A stretch of 64,000 bases of DNA from Tubiluchus corallicola (taxonomy: Eukaryota; Animalia; Priapulida): NCBI GenBank assembly GCA_030141605.1, contig JAQGDQ010000535.1, positions 62,001 to 126,000 of the forward strand, in the 5' to 3' direction. Positions 51,083 to 64,000 of this stretch are shown piece by piece. The notes beneath the pieces were generated by a model, which did not search any database, was not told the DNA's origin, and saw only the letters and a list, made by a program, of their open reading frames with translations. How positions within the stretch are numbered: the stretch's first letter is position 1; every line of letters begins with the position of its first letter. A program made the translations under genes and the position numbers.

Positions 51083-53538
51083 CTGGAAATGAAAATACGA
51101 ATTATGAACATGGACATTACTAGGGGTGATGTTACGAACAACATTACGTCTTCTGACACCCAAGAACAGCGGTGAAAACTGTGTTATAGGGTTATTGATT
51201 TCTCTGTTTTTTTCCAAGTATTTGCTGCTTCTTGTTTTGTGCAAACTATCGTCACTGAGACATTGACTTACTAATTGCTTGTACCCAGCAATACCTCATG
51301 AAAGTCACCTATACAAAAACAGCTTCCTGATTCGTTGAAGCGTTTTGCTGTTAAAAAAGGGTAAGGAAAAATCTGACGCAGAGACAGTAATTTTCGGGCA
51401 GTCGCTCTGTAAACACAGTCTTTCATGCAGTCTGTCTGTGGTGAAGCAGGATTTAAAGGAAAACAGGATGATTGCGTAAACACGACTTCAAAATAAAGAA
51501 TGCTCTAAAATATTGAGAACAACAATAGCTTTTTTTAAATCAAGGATTAGATTAAATAATAATTGCCTCGGATACTCAAATTTCGTTAAACTTTCAAATC
51601 TACGCGTGGCTCAGTGAATCTTACTAAGATTGGCAGCGGCGCCTTTTTGTCACATTCGTGTGGAAGACAAATAGAAGGCAGTACCATGATAACCATGATC
51701 ATGAACTGCAGTGTTAGTTTGTGACGTCATATGATGTAGAGCCCATTTTAGTGACATCACGCATTTAACAGTAACACTTACACAAAGTGCTTGATGCGCA
51801 AGGGAAGATGCCTGCCATTGCACAAACTGTGGTTATCAACTATCAAGAAACAAATTCTTTCGGCATCTTTTGACTTGTTAATATAAAACTTCTGTAATCT
51901 TTGGACAAATCTAAAGGAATGACCCATATTATTGGTGTTTATACATAAGCAACAGTAAGATCAGTGATTCCATTATTTTCAATGAGCAACCTCCAATATT
52001 CCAATGCATACATGACTTTATATTACGTACTAAACGCTTCCAGTAGTTTCTATCTGATATGAAACGCATCAGTCTTAAATATTCATAATTTAATATTTTC
52101 TAACTGTCATTTTCTACTAACGTCTAATGTAATCTTGTAGTAAAACTTGGCAGCTTGTGCAGGTATAGTCTATTCTTACTGTAAATGTTTTTGTAAATAG
52201 TGTATAAAGTCTGTTGTGGGATCATAAATCATATGGTTCAAACTGTCTGATCCAATCCTATAATAAATTATGTTTAAACTAATGAGCAGCCTGCACCTCA
52301 ACTTCAATGTGGATTATCTCAGCTTAGAAATAGTATACAGCACTGCACTTGGTATGAAAATGATCCTCGTGAAATAAAGATTCAGGATATGTGAATAACT
52401 AGAAAACAATTGATTTTGTCGACTTATGAACGTTTTTGCTGTGCAAGTACAATTATCATGGCTAATCTACATGTAATTTCAAAGAATGCCTTTGAAATGA
52501 TGCTGCAGTGCCCAGGGAAAGTAATAAGCACAAATTCAGACAGTAAACACATACAGAGAATGAGTCATCATGACACCCTGTGTGCTGTGTCGTGTACAAG
52601 TGGTAACAGCTGTCATTTCGAGGCACCATCAATAATTTATAATGTGATTTTAAAATAAATAAGAGCCATAAGCAATACACCACTACACTGGACTAGAAGA
52701 TGCCCGCAAACTGTTCAAGTTCACAGGACTTCTCAGCACATGGTTCAGATACCAAGGAATTCAGAAATATCGGGCTCGGTCCAAAAAATTCTGCACACAA
52801 GGTCATTTTCAAGTTTAAAGTAAAGGTCAAAAGTTTCTGTACATTGAAGTTTTATTGCAGATTGTGAAGGCTCATTGAATTCCTTTTAAAATGACACCAC
52901 TTCCATCAAAATTGGACTTTAAACTTTTGAGTTATGAACGTTTAAAAATTGTAGGTCACGCCGATTTTGGTGATTTTTTGGCCCCTTCGGCCATTTTCGA
53001 AGGGCCATAACTTCTGAACCGTTGAACCAATTTCGCTAAAAATTTGGATTTTTGCATTTCTCCATAAGCCAAACCAACACACCAAAATGTATTAAAATCT
53101 GTGACATAAAGGGTGTTAATCAATCAATCAATCAATTTATTTCACTCCAGCAATACATATACAATACATCAACATACAATATTATTGAAACAAAAAAAAA
53201 TGTATAGGTAAAAAAACGTTGATGAAGTCAAATTAACCAAATAAGTGTTGCTGTATGACACCTTGAAAGGTTGGCTTGTTAAGGTGGCACAAATGAGTGA
53301 ATGAAAGAATGGTTAGGGTTAGTAGACATGATGGAATGGAAAAAATAGTAAGATTAGGGATAGGAAGAAGGAAAAGAGGAGAAGAAACGACCACAGTGTA
53401 TGTTTAATTTACATAGAGCTATATTAAAATAGCATTATAATAGATTGGAGGCCATATATTGGGTGATTTAAGGTGGAATGACCCTTACCTCAATTTAAAA
53501 CATTATCCCAGCCAAGTGTGTACTACAACAATTATATA

Positions 53539-53996
53539 GGACTGCGGATTACTAAACTACCTTAACACGAATTGCACAGTAACCATTCTTGGTCATGTGA
53601 CCAATGACGAAGTCAGCAATGCCATCTAGTGAGCTTACAAGTAAACACACTACTTTAAGGACAGCAGCACAAATTCCAACCTATGAATGTTATCGGACTG
53701 CGGATTACTAAACTCCCTTAACACGAATTGCACAGTAACCATTCTTGGTCACATGATCAATGACGAAGTCAGCAATGCCATCTTGTGAGCTTACAAGTAA
53801 ACAAACTCCTTTAAGAACAGCAGTACAAATTTCAACCTATGAATGTTATCGGACTGCGGATTACTAAACTCCCTTAACACGAATTGCACAGTAACCATTC
53901 TTGGTCACATGATCAATGACGAAGTCAGCAATGCCATCTAGTGGGCTTACAAGTAAATGCACTTCTTTAAGGACAGCAGCACAAATTTGAACCTAT
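53539..53996. repeat. 156-bp tandem repeat, 3 copies
   Basis: GGACTGCGGATTACTAAACT at 53539, 53695, 53851. Confidence 0.9.
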
Positions 53997-54004
53997 CATT
54001 GCTA

Positions 54005-54358
<354 letters not shown>

Positions 54359-54748
54359 TTAAAAGAGCGAGTTCACGGAGACGAGACTTTTTTGCGATGA
54401 TGTCCAACAGTCGACCTATGATTAGTAAGGGCCGCTCATGTGCAAAAGTACATAAAAATTGTCCATTATCAAATAAGTCTGCATAATTGAGTCTATATTT
54501 TTTCTGTACATGCTTAAAAAAGATATTTTTGCATGTGTCCATTAGACAATGATGTAAACAAAGTGACGGGTATCCAACAGTCAGCTCGCGAAACAACGGA
54601 CAGTGTCCGTAGTATGCTCCAGGACTTTTAACGGTCCAGATTTTGTCCAATTCTTCCGATATCTGTAAAAGCGAGGTGCGGCAAAGGCCGAGAAATGAAT
54701 GTATTTCAAAATTACAATTTTTTCTCCAACAAAAATCAATAATCCCAC

Positions 54749-55178
54749 CTTTTGTATTTCACGTATCCAACGATTGACCCCATTCTGCAAAGCATTCAAG
54801 AATGTTGAATCTTCCACTTTATCTCCAAAATCAGCCACCTGCGCCTTCCTCTTCTCCTCTTGACACTTCTTGATCACTGCGGACACGACGGGATTTATCG
54901 GGAGCGTCACTTCCGGGATGTCGATGTTCTGCTGCAGGTGCAAGAGACCCATCTCCAGCTCCGCGATTTTCTTCTCGACCGAGGGAGCCATCTTGTCCCC
55001 GTCTCGTTCCGCCTTTCCCGTCTCGCGGACGTACGACTTGAAGTACGGGGCAACGCTGTTGCTGATGTACGAGTGCAGGACCTCGTAAGGGTTGCCATCC
55101 GTGAGGCTCATCACCCGTATCTGGTTGCTAAGCGACTTGTCGGCTTCAACGATGGGACCTCGTTTGATCACTACGACA
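54749..55178 (-). CDS. DYNC1H1: Dynein heavy chain exon 3 ([14 protein letters not shown]...RWIREIQK)
   Basis: ORF 54581..55171 plus cag acceptor and gtggga donor. Confidence 0.95.
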
Positions 55179-55693
55179 CTGGTGCAAAAAGAACAAGTAA
55201 AATTAGTCGGATTTAAACCAAATCCACAGATATGAAAAGTGCATTTTATGTTCGATATTTTACAAAGTTCGTGCGTGTCCTATTAAAACATCAAAAGTAC
55301 CTGGTAGCCGGGTCAGATTATGACCTTTTTGGGCCCCTAGGCTGATGAAATTATGAGGCCTCTCAAACGGAGTCACCCTCTAACTCACCCACACCCATCT
55401 TGAACATCTTTTACTCATGATATATATATTCCAGCGACATTTACATAGCTTGATTGCAAGTTCTTGAAAAGAAGAATGTGAAGAACAGTTTTTGTTTCAT
55501 CAATGTGCTTGAAAATTCAACAGCAATGAGAACATATATACATATACGTGAGTTAGCTCTTCAGGGATTGTTTCAGCCGGAAATAGATAGGGTGAGGGAT
55601 AAGGTTTGGGTTGAGGTTAGGGCTAGGGTTAGTGTTACGGTACTTAAATTGTGTGGGGAATTATAAATACCTCCGAGAAATAATGCGAATGTG

Positions 55694-56236
55694 TAGCGTC
55701 CCTGTTTCGCGGAAATTCACTTATCACGGGTGGGCCTGGAACGGAACACCTGCGATAAGTGAGGGAACAAATGTATATAAAATGTCAAACGTGGTCGAGA
55801 CGTAACAGTGGAAAAACATGGCCGTGTCCTGCATTCCCCGAAAGAGCAATGTTATAATAATTGCTGCGTTTTAAGGTTTGAATTAACGAAATATGCTTTT
55901 ATACGGCTGCGTCCTGCTTCGGTCGACAATGAAAATACTTCCATTTCAGTCTAATTGTCCAGGTGATACTTTTTCCGGGAATTTGATCATTTTTTTGTAA
56001 GTTCATATACTTACACGACGCAGCCATATAAAAGCGTATTTCGTTGATTCAAACCTTAAAACGCAGCAATTATTATAACATCGCTCTTTTGGGGAATGCA
56101 GGACGCGGCCATATTTTTCCACTGTTACGTCTCGACCAGGTTTGTTATTTTATATACATTTGTCCCCTCACTTATCGCAGGTGTTCTGTTCCAGGTTCAC
56201 CCATGATAAGTGAATTTCCGCGAAATAGGGACGCTA
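55694..56236. repeat. 220-bp inverted repeat with a spacer of about 103 bp
   Basis: 55694-55913 is the reverse complement of 56017-56236 with scattered mismatches. Confidence 0.9.
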
Positions 56237-57127
56237 TACTTATTTTAGTAGTTGTACGTTTTTGGTGTGTATTCATCCACTGAATAAATACACTGTTTAC
56301 TATAAATGGTAATTTTTTATGATTTATAATATTCTTTTAATGTTAGAATTACTATTTTTAATGTATTTTTATACATTTTGTGATTTTTTATGCAAAATTT
56401 ATCAAATTTATACATTACTGTACAATACGTACTACGCATGTGCAAAAATACTTTAGATGGAGTACCGCAAAAACCCGCGAAACAGTGAAAATACCGCGAT
56501 AAATATTTTACATTAATATTTTTGAAAACCAGCGAAACAGTGAGTCCGCGACAAACGAACCGCGAAGTAGTGAGAGAACACTATAATGCTCATTGTATTG
56601 GAGGCTAAAAAGTATGGAATTTTCCAATTAACTGATGTATCAACAGCAGAGTAGTGTTGCCACTTATACCATAATAATCAGATCATACACATTCATGATA
56701 CGAAAAAGACACTATACAATAATCGATAATTTAGAAATGCGAAACAAAAAACTGAAAAACGGTGAAAAAACGCGCATTGAAAAAATTTAAAACATTACTG
56801 CTAACCAGTGGGAAATAAAAAACTTTGATGTCAACTGATTTTAAATATTCCATGATTCAGCTTTAAACGCTATGTTTAAACAAATATTTATTTAAACAAA
56901 GATTTTAAAAAAAATTTCTCCCTACTGACAACTTTTCAGCTCATGAGGGTAGACAGAAAAGTTATTTTTGTAGCCGGCTTTACGTGTAACTGTGTATTTT
57001 AGTTTACAAATGGCTGGTAGATTGTTTTGTTTGTTTTAAATGTTTGTATGCCGAAAAGCATTTTTATATGGATTTTATATGCAATAAAATTATTATTATT
57101 AATATTTATTTGTTAATCAAATGTTAC

Positions 57128-57227
57128 CTGGTGACTTTAGTGTTAGTGAAGCGAACCTCGGTCTGTATAGAATAACTGACAGATTCGGCTTCCGCCTCAC
57201 TCTCTGTAGCTGATTCTTCAACTTCAT
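57128..57227 (-). CDS. DYNC1H1: Dynein heavy chain exon 2 (DEVEESATESEAE...TNTKVTS)
   Basis: tttag acceptor, gtaaca donor; acidic segment; phase 1 to 2 fits neighbours; absent from ORF track. Confidence 0.88.
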
Positions 57228-57983
57228 CTAAAAACAAAAGCAAAACAAACTATGATTTGTAGTGTCAGCAGTTTTTTCATCCTCACAAATATTTTGATTT
57301 CTTAAAGGACAAGAAAAGGGGCACCCGAAGTAGGTTTCAAAAAGATCGCCTTAAAAAATTATGCGACTTTAGAGCAATTGTATGCGTATATCTTACTCGC
57401 GTTGAATAGATTCTTTGTTCGTTTTCATTTTAAATCTACCATGACACTGTTCCGATGTACAACATAAATCAGGGGAAGAAAAGGAAATGTTAAATATGTC
57501 CAAAAAAACTTTCCGTTCAAAGTTTCCTTATAAGGAGCATTTCGTTTACCTGCTTGAAAGACTTACGTAACTAGAAATAATAATTTAAAATGTTTTCACC
57601 AATTTGTAAAATATCGCTGACTCACCCTCCAGGGTGCACCACTCACTAACCAAAAACGTATTTTTAAACTCATTGACAAGGTACAGTAATTTAATATTTT
57701 ACTTTGTGACGTGTGCGCTACGAATGCTGTGATTATTTTTCAAACTTTACACAATGTTAGCTAAACTTGTTTCAAGCGACTTATCGTCAAAAAGGCTGCG
57801 TCTAACGGTCATCGCTGGAGTTTAAATTTACATTTTATACAGAGTTAGTGCCGACGCAATCCTGTATGCAAAAAGGCAGTAAGTAAGTTGCATAAGATGT
57901 AAAGGCAAATTTTCTTAAGCTTTATCTAAGTGGAGGGTTTTCTAGTGCTTTAAGTTTTTATACTGAACTTTTATACCCTAACC

Positions 57984-58425
57984 CAGCGGTGTGCAAATTA
58001 TCTGACTAGCCGGGCCACATTAAACTCTCCCGCAATTCATGTGGGCCGCATGCAGTTTGGTCAAGGAGCCAAGTACAGTAGGACCTAATAACGATTTTTC
58101 TGCATCTGATCTGTCACATCATTACTACTACACTCAAGAAACTATTTTAGAAGTTATTAAAATTTACATTAAAAACCATATATTTCGTCATGTCCGACAG
58201 TGACATTAAGTGACAATGGTCTTGTAAGGGTTAATACCATCCGATCTAGAGGAAAAAACTACCCGCACTATCTTTGCGATATTGGTGCAGACTTCCGCTG
58301 GATCGCGTGGGCCGCACTTTCATTACGTTGACAAACCTCTTCGCGGGCCGCACAAGATCTCTCGGCGGGCCGCAAGTGGCCCGCGGGCCGCAAGTGGCGC
58401 GCGGGCCGCAGTTTGCACACCCCTG
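57984..58425. mobile_element. hAT MITE, same family as 19813-20312, opposite orientation
   Basis: TIR CAGCGGTGTGCAAA / TTTGCACACCCCTG; perfect 8-bp TSD CCCTAACC. Confidence 0.88.
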
Positions 58426-59060
58426 CCCTAACCCTAAGCAAATCTGCAGTCATTCTAACCTTTAGCAATTTCTAAAGGTGGGTCAGACCAGAATTGTTAC
58501 CGAAACGAAACTTTTGGTTTGGTTCAAATGACGTTAGTTGCACTTTTGGTTCGGTTTTGTTTTTGTCGAAAGTTTTGTGGCGGAAATTTCAGTGATTTTT
58601 GGTTGTATGTTTCCGAGATTTTAGTGGTATTTATTTAGTTTCTTTTTGTTTCCTCATAGATGTTAAAAAAACCAATGCAAGCAATTGTTGGATAGCGATT
58701 TCATCAAGTTTGTGTCACAGCAAATAAAACCAAAAAACCAAAAAATTTCAGAATTTTGTTTTTTCCGGCTTTAATAGTAGCTAAGTTTGCAAAAAATGTT
58801 TTCGGTTCAGTTTTATTTCCACAACGTGGAGTTTCCTCAGTTTCGGTAACATCCCTGGGTCAGACCAAACTGTACATGTTCTACTCCAGGTTTCTTACGT
58901 AACATGTGTCTTAACAGCAGTGACAATGGTCTAACTCGTTGGGGTTTTCGAGTTTACATATCAGACGCCTGCTACACTAAACTGTGAATGACAGTTTGCA
59001 GAGTAACACTATGTCATTACATTTTGCAGAAGACCTAATTCTAGTGCCAGAATTTCCCAC

Positions 59061-59304
59061 CTTTTGATGATGTTAATCGCTGTACGAATAAAGTTGGAAT
59101 TTGCGAATCCGATAAGAAATTTCTCATCGAATTCTGATTAGCTTTCTCCGAAAGCGCAACGTCCAAATTTCGAGTGGCATCGTCCCCATCTTCCAGCAAA
59201 ACTGGTACGATTCTCTTCAGATATTTGACCAATTTCCCGACGTCCATGACCACCACGTCAGGCCCCGGCGCTGCGCCACCACCTCCATCACCGGATTCCG
59301 CCAT
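59061..59304 (-). CDS. DYNC1H1: Dynein heavy chain coding exon 1 (MAESGDGGG...LTSSK)
   Basis: ATG at 59304; donor G|gtggga at 59060; phase 1. Confidence 0.9.
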
Positions 59305-60959
59305 CTAAATGAATTTACAGACGAACTTTGATAGAGAAATTAACTGATACCGGCAAAACGAAAAAATTCTTTGACAGTGATTCTTCACTTTTCACGTCGA
59401 AGAGATACAGCCTATAACAGTGCATCCGGGCCTTTACAACCAGACGTAACGAACGATAAACCAATAATCGACAATCCATCGCTGCCAACAACCCGACACC
59501 AGTCCTGCGATTGTGTAGAAATTGCGTATTTTTCGTTTTCCTTTCTTTTTGTAAGATAACTTCCAAAAAACAAATTTGGAAGTAAATTAGAAAACGTTAA
59601 AATAAATAAATTATTTAAAAAGTTGTGAAAATACTAAAACTAATTCAGGATAAATTGTGTACAGTATAAGATAAATTGTTTAGCATCGTTTCCAAGGTTG
59701 TAAGAGGAGCAATAAAGGTTAACTAAAGCTATGGCGTACAAATACTGAACAACATACGTAATTAAAAATACTTATACAAATTTATAGAAAATCGGAAATT
59801 AAGTAAAATTGTGGATCAGATCAATATTAACTTCTTGATGGCATTATAAAATTTAAACGTTTTTACTCACATTTTGTATAACAGTAATTTCTAGTAATTC
59901 TAGTTTTAATCATTGTAAATTTTAATCGTATGTTTTTATGGTTTTCATGCTAAAATAAATAGTAATCAATCAATCAGCCAAAAGAATGAATAATGCCTGC
60001 TATTTTTTGTATTTAAATGCATAAAAATTCCGTTATTATCATTAAAATGCCCTGTACTTAAAATGGTGCTAACTGTAAAAACTAAGTCTGTTTTGACTGA
60101 AACTTATTAATAAATACTTAAAAAACTATTAGCATTAGTTTAATCATTCTTTCAAGCTTCTAGCATACGTTTTGCCCAAAGCTTGATTTTTTACAGTGCT
60201 ACAAAACAGGCAATTATAATTATAATTATAATTATTACAATTGTAAGACAATTATAATCACAACTATAACAGTAAGGTAAGTAATTATTGCTTTTAGGTA
60301 TTTGATCATTTTTATAGAAAGAAAATAACAGCTTGGAATGCACTAAGGCAAAAAAAACGCCAAGATTATAAAATTATACGCTCTTTAACCGCAAAATTGA
60401 GACCTAAATGCACAAAGACAGAACTTTTTATTCTCAAAGACTGGGACCTATATTAAAATCGAACCTATATGAGTTTTAAACGTACATGTAGAACATTTTC
60501 TCTTCAAATACCGTGACATATGTGTTACGTCTTATCTCAACATCTCCTATATAGCTGCTTAGCTGTACGTTCTTCCTATCTGGTTTCTCTGTAAAAGCAC
60601 ACAATCCTAACACACTGCAAACAGTTGCGGTGCGCATATCTATATCAAATTAGGGGTTCGTAAAAGATAAGAGGGACATAATCTGTTTGTTTTTGATGCT
60701 CTCAGCGAACATTTGAAGTTTGGTGAGAGCGCATGCATGATCAAAAATCGTCATTTTTTTAAATATTAATTAGCAAACTGCAAAAAACTTGTTGTTGAAA
60801 CTTGAAAGTTGATTTTGTTCACTCCGCAAGGCGCAAAAGACACTTCACTGAGTTTCGTTCAAGTCGTTTTGAAGACATTCGATACGTTTGAATTTTTTAA
60901 CGCTTAGTCAGTAATTTGGTTAACAACAAAAGTGTTTTTACAAAAAAAACGTAGTCGTA

Positions 60960-61290
60960 GGCTTTCTTCTTGTTCAGGGTCTCATTCCACCTACTGTAGG
61001 CATTGAGGTATCAACATTTATCAGAGCATTCCACCCACTTCTATCTACAGCTAACAGCGTAAGTTCTTCTGCTCCTAAAGACAAATTTGGTTGGAGTTGT
61101 TGAACATCTTTATTTATTTTAGCTATCCAAGTTGTTTCTGGTTTGCTAGGTGGTTTTTGCAAGGTTTTAATGCTTCCTTTAAGGCGATTCTTACGGTGCT
61201 TTACTTGGTAATCTTAGATGTCCTTGCCATTTTAATATTCATATCTTGACTAGCGAAATTTCTTTCGTTCTGTGGTATGAACTTTAGATT
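60960..61290 (-). mobile_element. RTE-like LINE 3' fragment (related piece at about 49475-49850)
   Basis: KPETTW...DRSGW C-terminal motif followed by (AAG)n-type tail. Confidence 0.5.
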
Positions 61291-61519
61291 ATGCTGTTCA
61301 AATGGTAAGGCGACAGCCTCGCCATCTATAAATCATAATTGTAACTAACGAAAGTATATAGTACGTAGTCACGTAGTACTATCAGAGAGTGTGATATCCG
61401 CTATTTTCATCAAACAGTGAGTAGCTATGACCTTTAGTGATGATGTTTCGTGAAGTGACTACCTGAGATAAGACAGCAGGTGTGACACGGTTTCGTGACT
61501 TGGCTGTACGCGAGTAAAT

Positions 61520-61706
61520 AAAATGCGTGAGCCAATCGTGGCTACTGAACTTCTTGTATGCAAAAATGTCCCGCACAAATTGTCCAGAACAGTCCGACAT
61601 TTGGTCACCGCGTGGAGGAGAAAACGGGACGATTAGAATTTTAACCTGTTCCTGATAGAATTTGTTAGTTGAGACATTCTGCATAACAATTATTTTCAAG
61701 GTAAGT
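61520..61706 (+). promoter_or_regulatory. Candidate promoter and non-coding first exon of the sulfotransferase
   Basis: GC-richer unique patch with CCAAT (about 61532) ending at a consensus donor AAG|GTAAGT (GT at 61701); the coding exon starts right after an AG. Confidence 0.35.
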
Positions 61707-61724
61707 TAGTTTAAACATAATTTA

Positions 61725-62205
61725 TTTAGGATTGGATCAGACAGTTTGTACAACATGATTTAGGATCCTCACCACAACAGACTTTATACACTATTTACAA
61801 GAACATTTACAGTAAAAATAGACTATACTTAGTTTTTAGTATACTTTAGTATACTAAAGTTTTACTACAGTGATAATTTAGACATTAGTAGCAAATGACG
61901 GCTAGTAAATATTAATGTACGATTATTTAAGAATGATGCATTTTATATCAGATAGAAACTACTGGAAGCGTTTAGTACATAATATAAAGTCATCTATACA
62001 TTGGAATATTTTACAGTTAGTAACATAGTTAAATTCATCTTTACCGAATAATAACAACTTCAACAGATCATTATTTCCTAAGACAGCTATATTAAGGTTT
62101 TCGGGCAGAAGTATTTCATTTAATTTATCAAACATAACAACCCTAGCTAGTTGATACAATGGGCAGTGCAACAAAAAGTGTTCAACAGACTCAAATCGAA
62201 ATGTT
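61725..62205 (-). mobile_element. LINE 3' end (related 3' UTR at about 52030-52275)
   Basis: ESVEHFLLHCPLY...R motif; 3' UTR duplicated in inverse orientation near 52030-52275. Confidence 0.65.
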
Positions 62206-63007
62206 ATATGCAAAAACGTAAAAATAGCGTGACTTAGTTAAGCTCATATCAATTTCAATCATGTATTTGGGTGAAGAATTTGGAAAAATGTAGAAAAAGT
62301 TCTTTTTAATTTAAAGGAAAGACCAAGCCTGCTAGGCTTTTTTTAATGTTTGCGAAAAGTGTTAGAAAAATTTAATAAGAAAAGTGCGATAAATGGGTCG
62401 TGTAGGCCTAATTAGTAAAATCAGTTTCACTCTTGGGGGTGCTCATTTTGAACAGCCACTCTTCTGCCAATGACGTCATTAATCTACTGAAGAAAAAGCA
62501 ATGCACTGTTTATTACCTTCAACAGTAGGATAAGTTTTTACAAAAAATTAGATAGCTAATTTGGTGATATTTTTGCATGAACATTAGGTGAGCTGCAAAA
62601 GTGCAAAAGTCTGAATTAGTTTAAGCAGCACGCACTTACGGAAACCCACGATGCGCTTACGAAAGGCCACGAAGTCAAACACGAAATCAACAAAGAGCCT
62701 GACAATTTCTGCACAAATCACCTTTACAGATATCTTTATAAACTGTTTTCTGCACATTTTTTACGGTATTTTTTTCAGTTTAAGTAATAGCAGTAAAATA
62801 AATCCAACATGCTAAATGTCTTGTTCTGTCCTTTAATAGGCCAACGGATTGGCTCGGAAATTGGATTTTCTGGGCCACCTGTTGTGCTCATTATTAAACA
62901 ACTTACGAAATTTATTCTGTATATTATTAAAAAAAACTTTAATGTTATTACTATCTTAAAAATTTATGATAATCAAAGTGCCAAAAGTTAGAATCGATCC
63001 TAGGGCA

Positions 63008-63082
63008 GTCTCTCTCTCTTTTCTCTCTCTCTCTCTCTCTCTCTCTTTCTGTCACTCACTCACTCTCTGTCTGTCTCTTCCG

Positions 63083-63131
<49 letters not shown>

Positions 63132-63146
63132 CTCTTTCTTTCTTCT
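63008..63146. repeat. (CT)n tract upstream of the SULT exon
   Basis: Direct inspection. Confidence 0.92.
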
Positions 63147-63286
63147 ATCTTGTAAATGGCAGATAAAAGTGTCTGTAAACCATCCATTTACTAAAACAGC
63201 TATACTTAACCTCAGTGGCCTTGCGATTACTGTTTGTTGGTGTCAAACTCTACCTGCTGTTTATCAACTATGGGTTGATTTCCTAG

Positions 63287-63440
63287 ATGTGTGAAGCAGA
63301 TTTTAACGAAGTGTTTGACTACATGCAGTTCTTCAAAGGTCACCTTCTGATCAATGAAACTGTTGATCTTTACAATGAGAAGCTAGAGCATCTAGAGGCA
63401 AGACCAGACGACATCATTGTTGCTGCTTTTCCAAAATCAG
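63287..63440 (+). CDS. Cytosolic sulfotransferase (SULT family), first coding exon; rest outside window
   Basis: MCEADFNEVFDY...LEARPDDIIVAAFPKSG: 5'-phosphosulfate-binding loop with the phase-1 intron after PKS-G typical of cytosolic SULTs; missed by ORF track. Confidence 0.88.
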
Positions 63441-63469
63441 GTATTCAATTTTTGGAAGGAGTTTAATTT

Positions 63470-63470
<1 letters not shown>

Positions 63471-63524
<54 letters not shown>

Positions 63525-63795
63525 AGAAAGAAACGGAAAGAGGGATAGTGGGAGTGAGTGAGGAGAGAGGAGAGAGACAGAGAGAGAGGGAGAGAGCAGG
63601 AGAGAGAGAGAGAGAGACGGAAAGAGGGAGAGGAGAGAGAAAGAGAGAGAGATGGACAGAGAGACACGGAAAGAGGGATAGAGGGAGTGAGCGAGGAGAG
63701 AGAGAGAGAGAGAGAGAAACGGAGAGAGAGAGAAAGAGAGAGTGAGACGGAGAGTGAGATGGAGAGTGATATAGATATATATATCGATATATATC
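63471..63795. repeat. (GA)n tract downstream of the SULT exon
   Basis: Direct inspection. Confidence 0.92.
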
Positions 63796-64000
63796 ACTTT
63801 AAGATGTGCCGCTGGAGTGACTAAACCGGACAGTGGTCATAGTTCCCATGTGCTTACATCCTTTCCTTATGAGGGAAATAGCCAGAATCGGTCCGGGTGT
63901 GGCAATGAAATTGTCGAAATCAAGATAAAGTATTAAAAGACTAAATTATATTTGTTTAAGGTACAACGTGGACACAGGAAATAGTCCATTTGATACAGCA

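Noticed and set aside
55585-55635. TTAGGG-like hexamers as an interstitial telomere
   Set aside because: Only a few degenerate units; more likely part of a dispersed repeat

Overview
AT-rich, intron- and repeat-rich genomic DNA from an invertebrate animal; the taxon cannot be fixed from sequence alone. The window is dominated by the 5' part of the cytoplasmic dynein-1 heavy chain gene (DYNC1H1 orthologue) on the minus strand. I traced 22 coding exons by hand from the ATG at 59304 to 1220; all introns are GT-AG and phase-consistent, about 1304 codons in total, and the gene continues off the left edge. Three intact plus-strand genes are nested antisense in its introns. Intron 17 (16.7 kb) holds two paralogous genes with uninterrupted CDSs for secreted proteins: signal peptide, lone Cys, about ten 31-aa amphipathic repeats with a conserved RGD linker, and a non-canonical C-type lectin domain. 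Intron 9 holds a two-exon LRR/LRRCT gene with a GPI-like tail. A cytosolic sulfotransferase begins divergently at the right end. The introns also contain a full-length 5S rRNA-headed SINE with target-site duplication and a truncated relative, a tRNA/Meta-type SINE, many MITEs (hAT, piggyBac, Tc1/pogo, Kolobok-like), LINE 3' fragments, satellites and microsatellites. Several tandem arrays amplify splice-junction sequence, usually leaving the functional GT or AG only in the exon-proximal copy. Homology calls rest on recognised motifs and remembered family sequences, not database searches.
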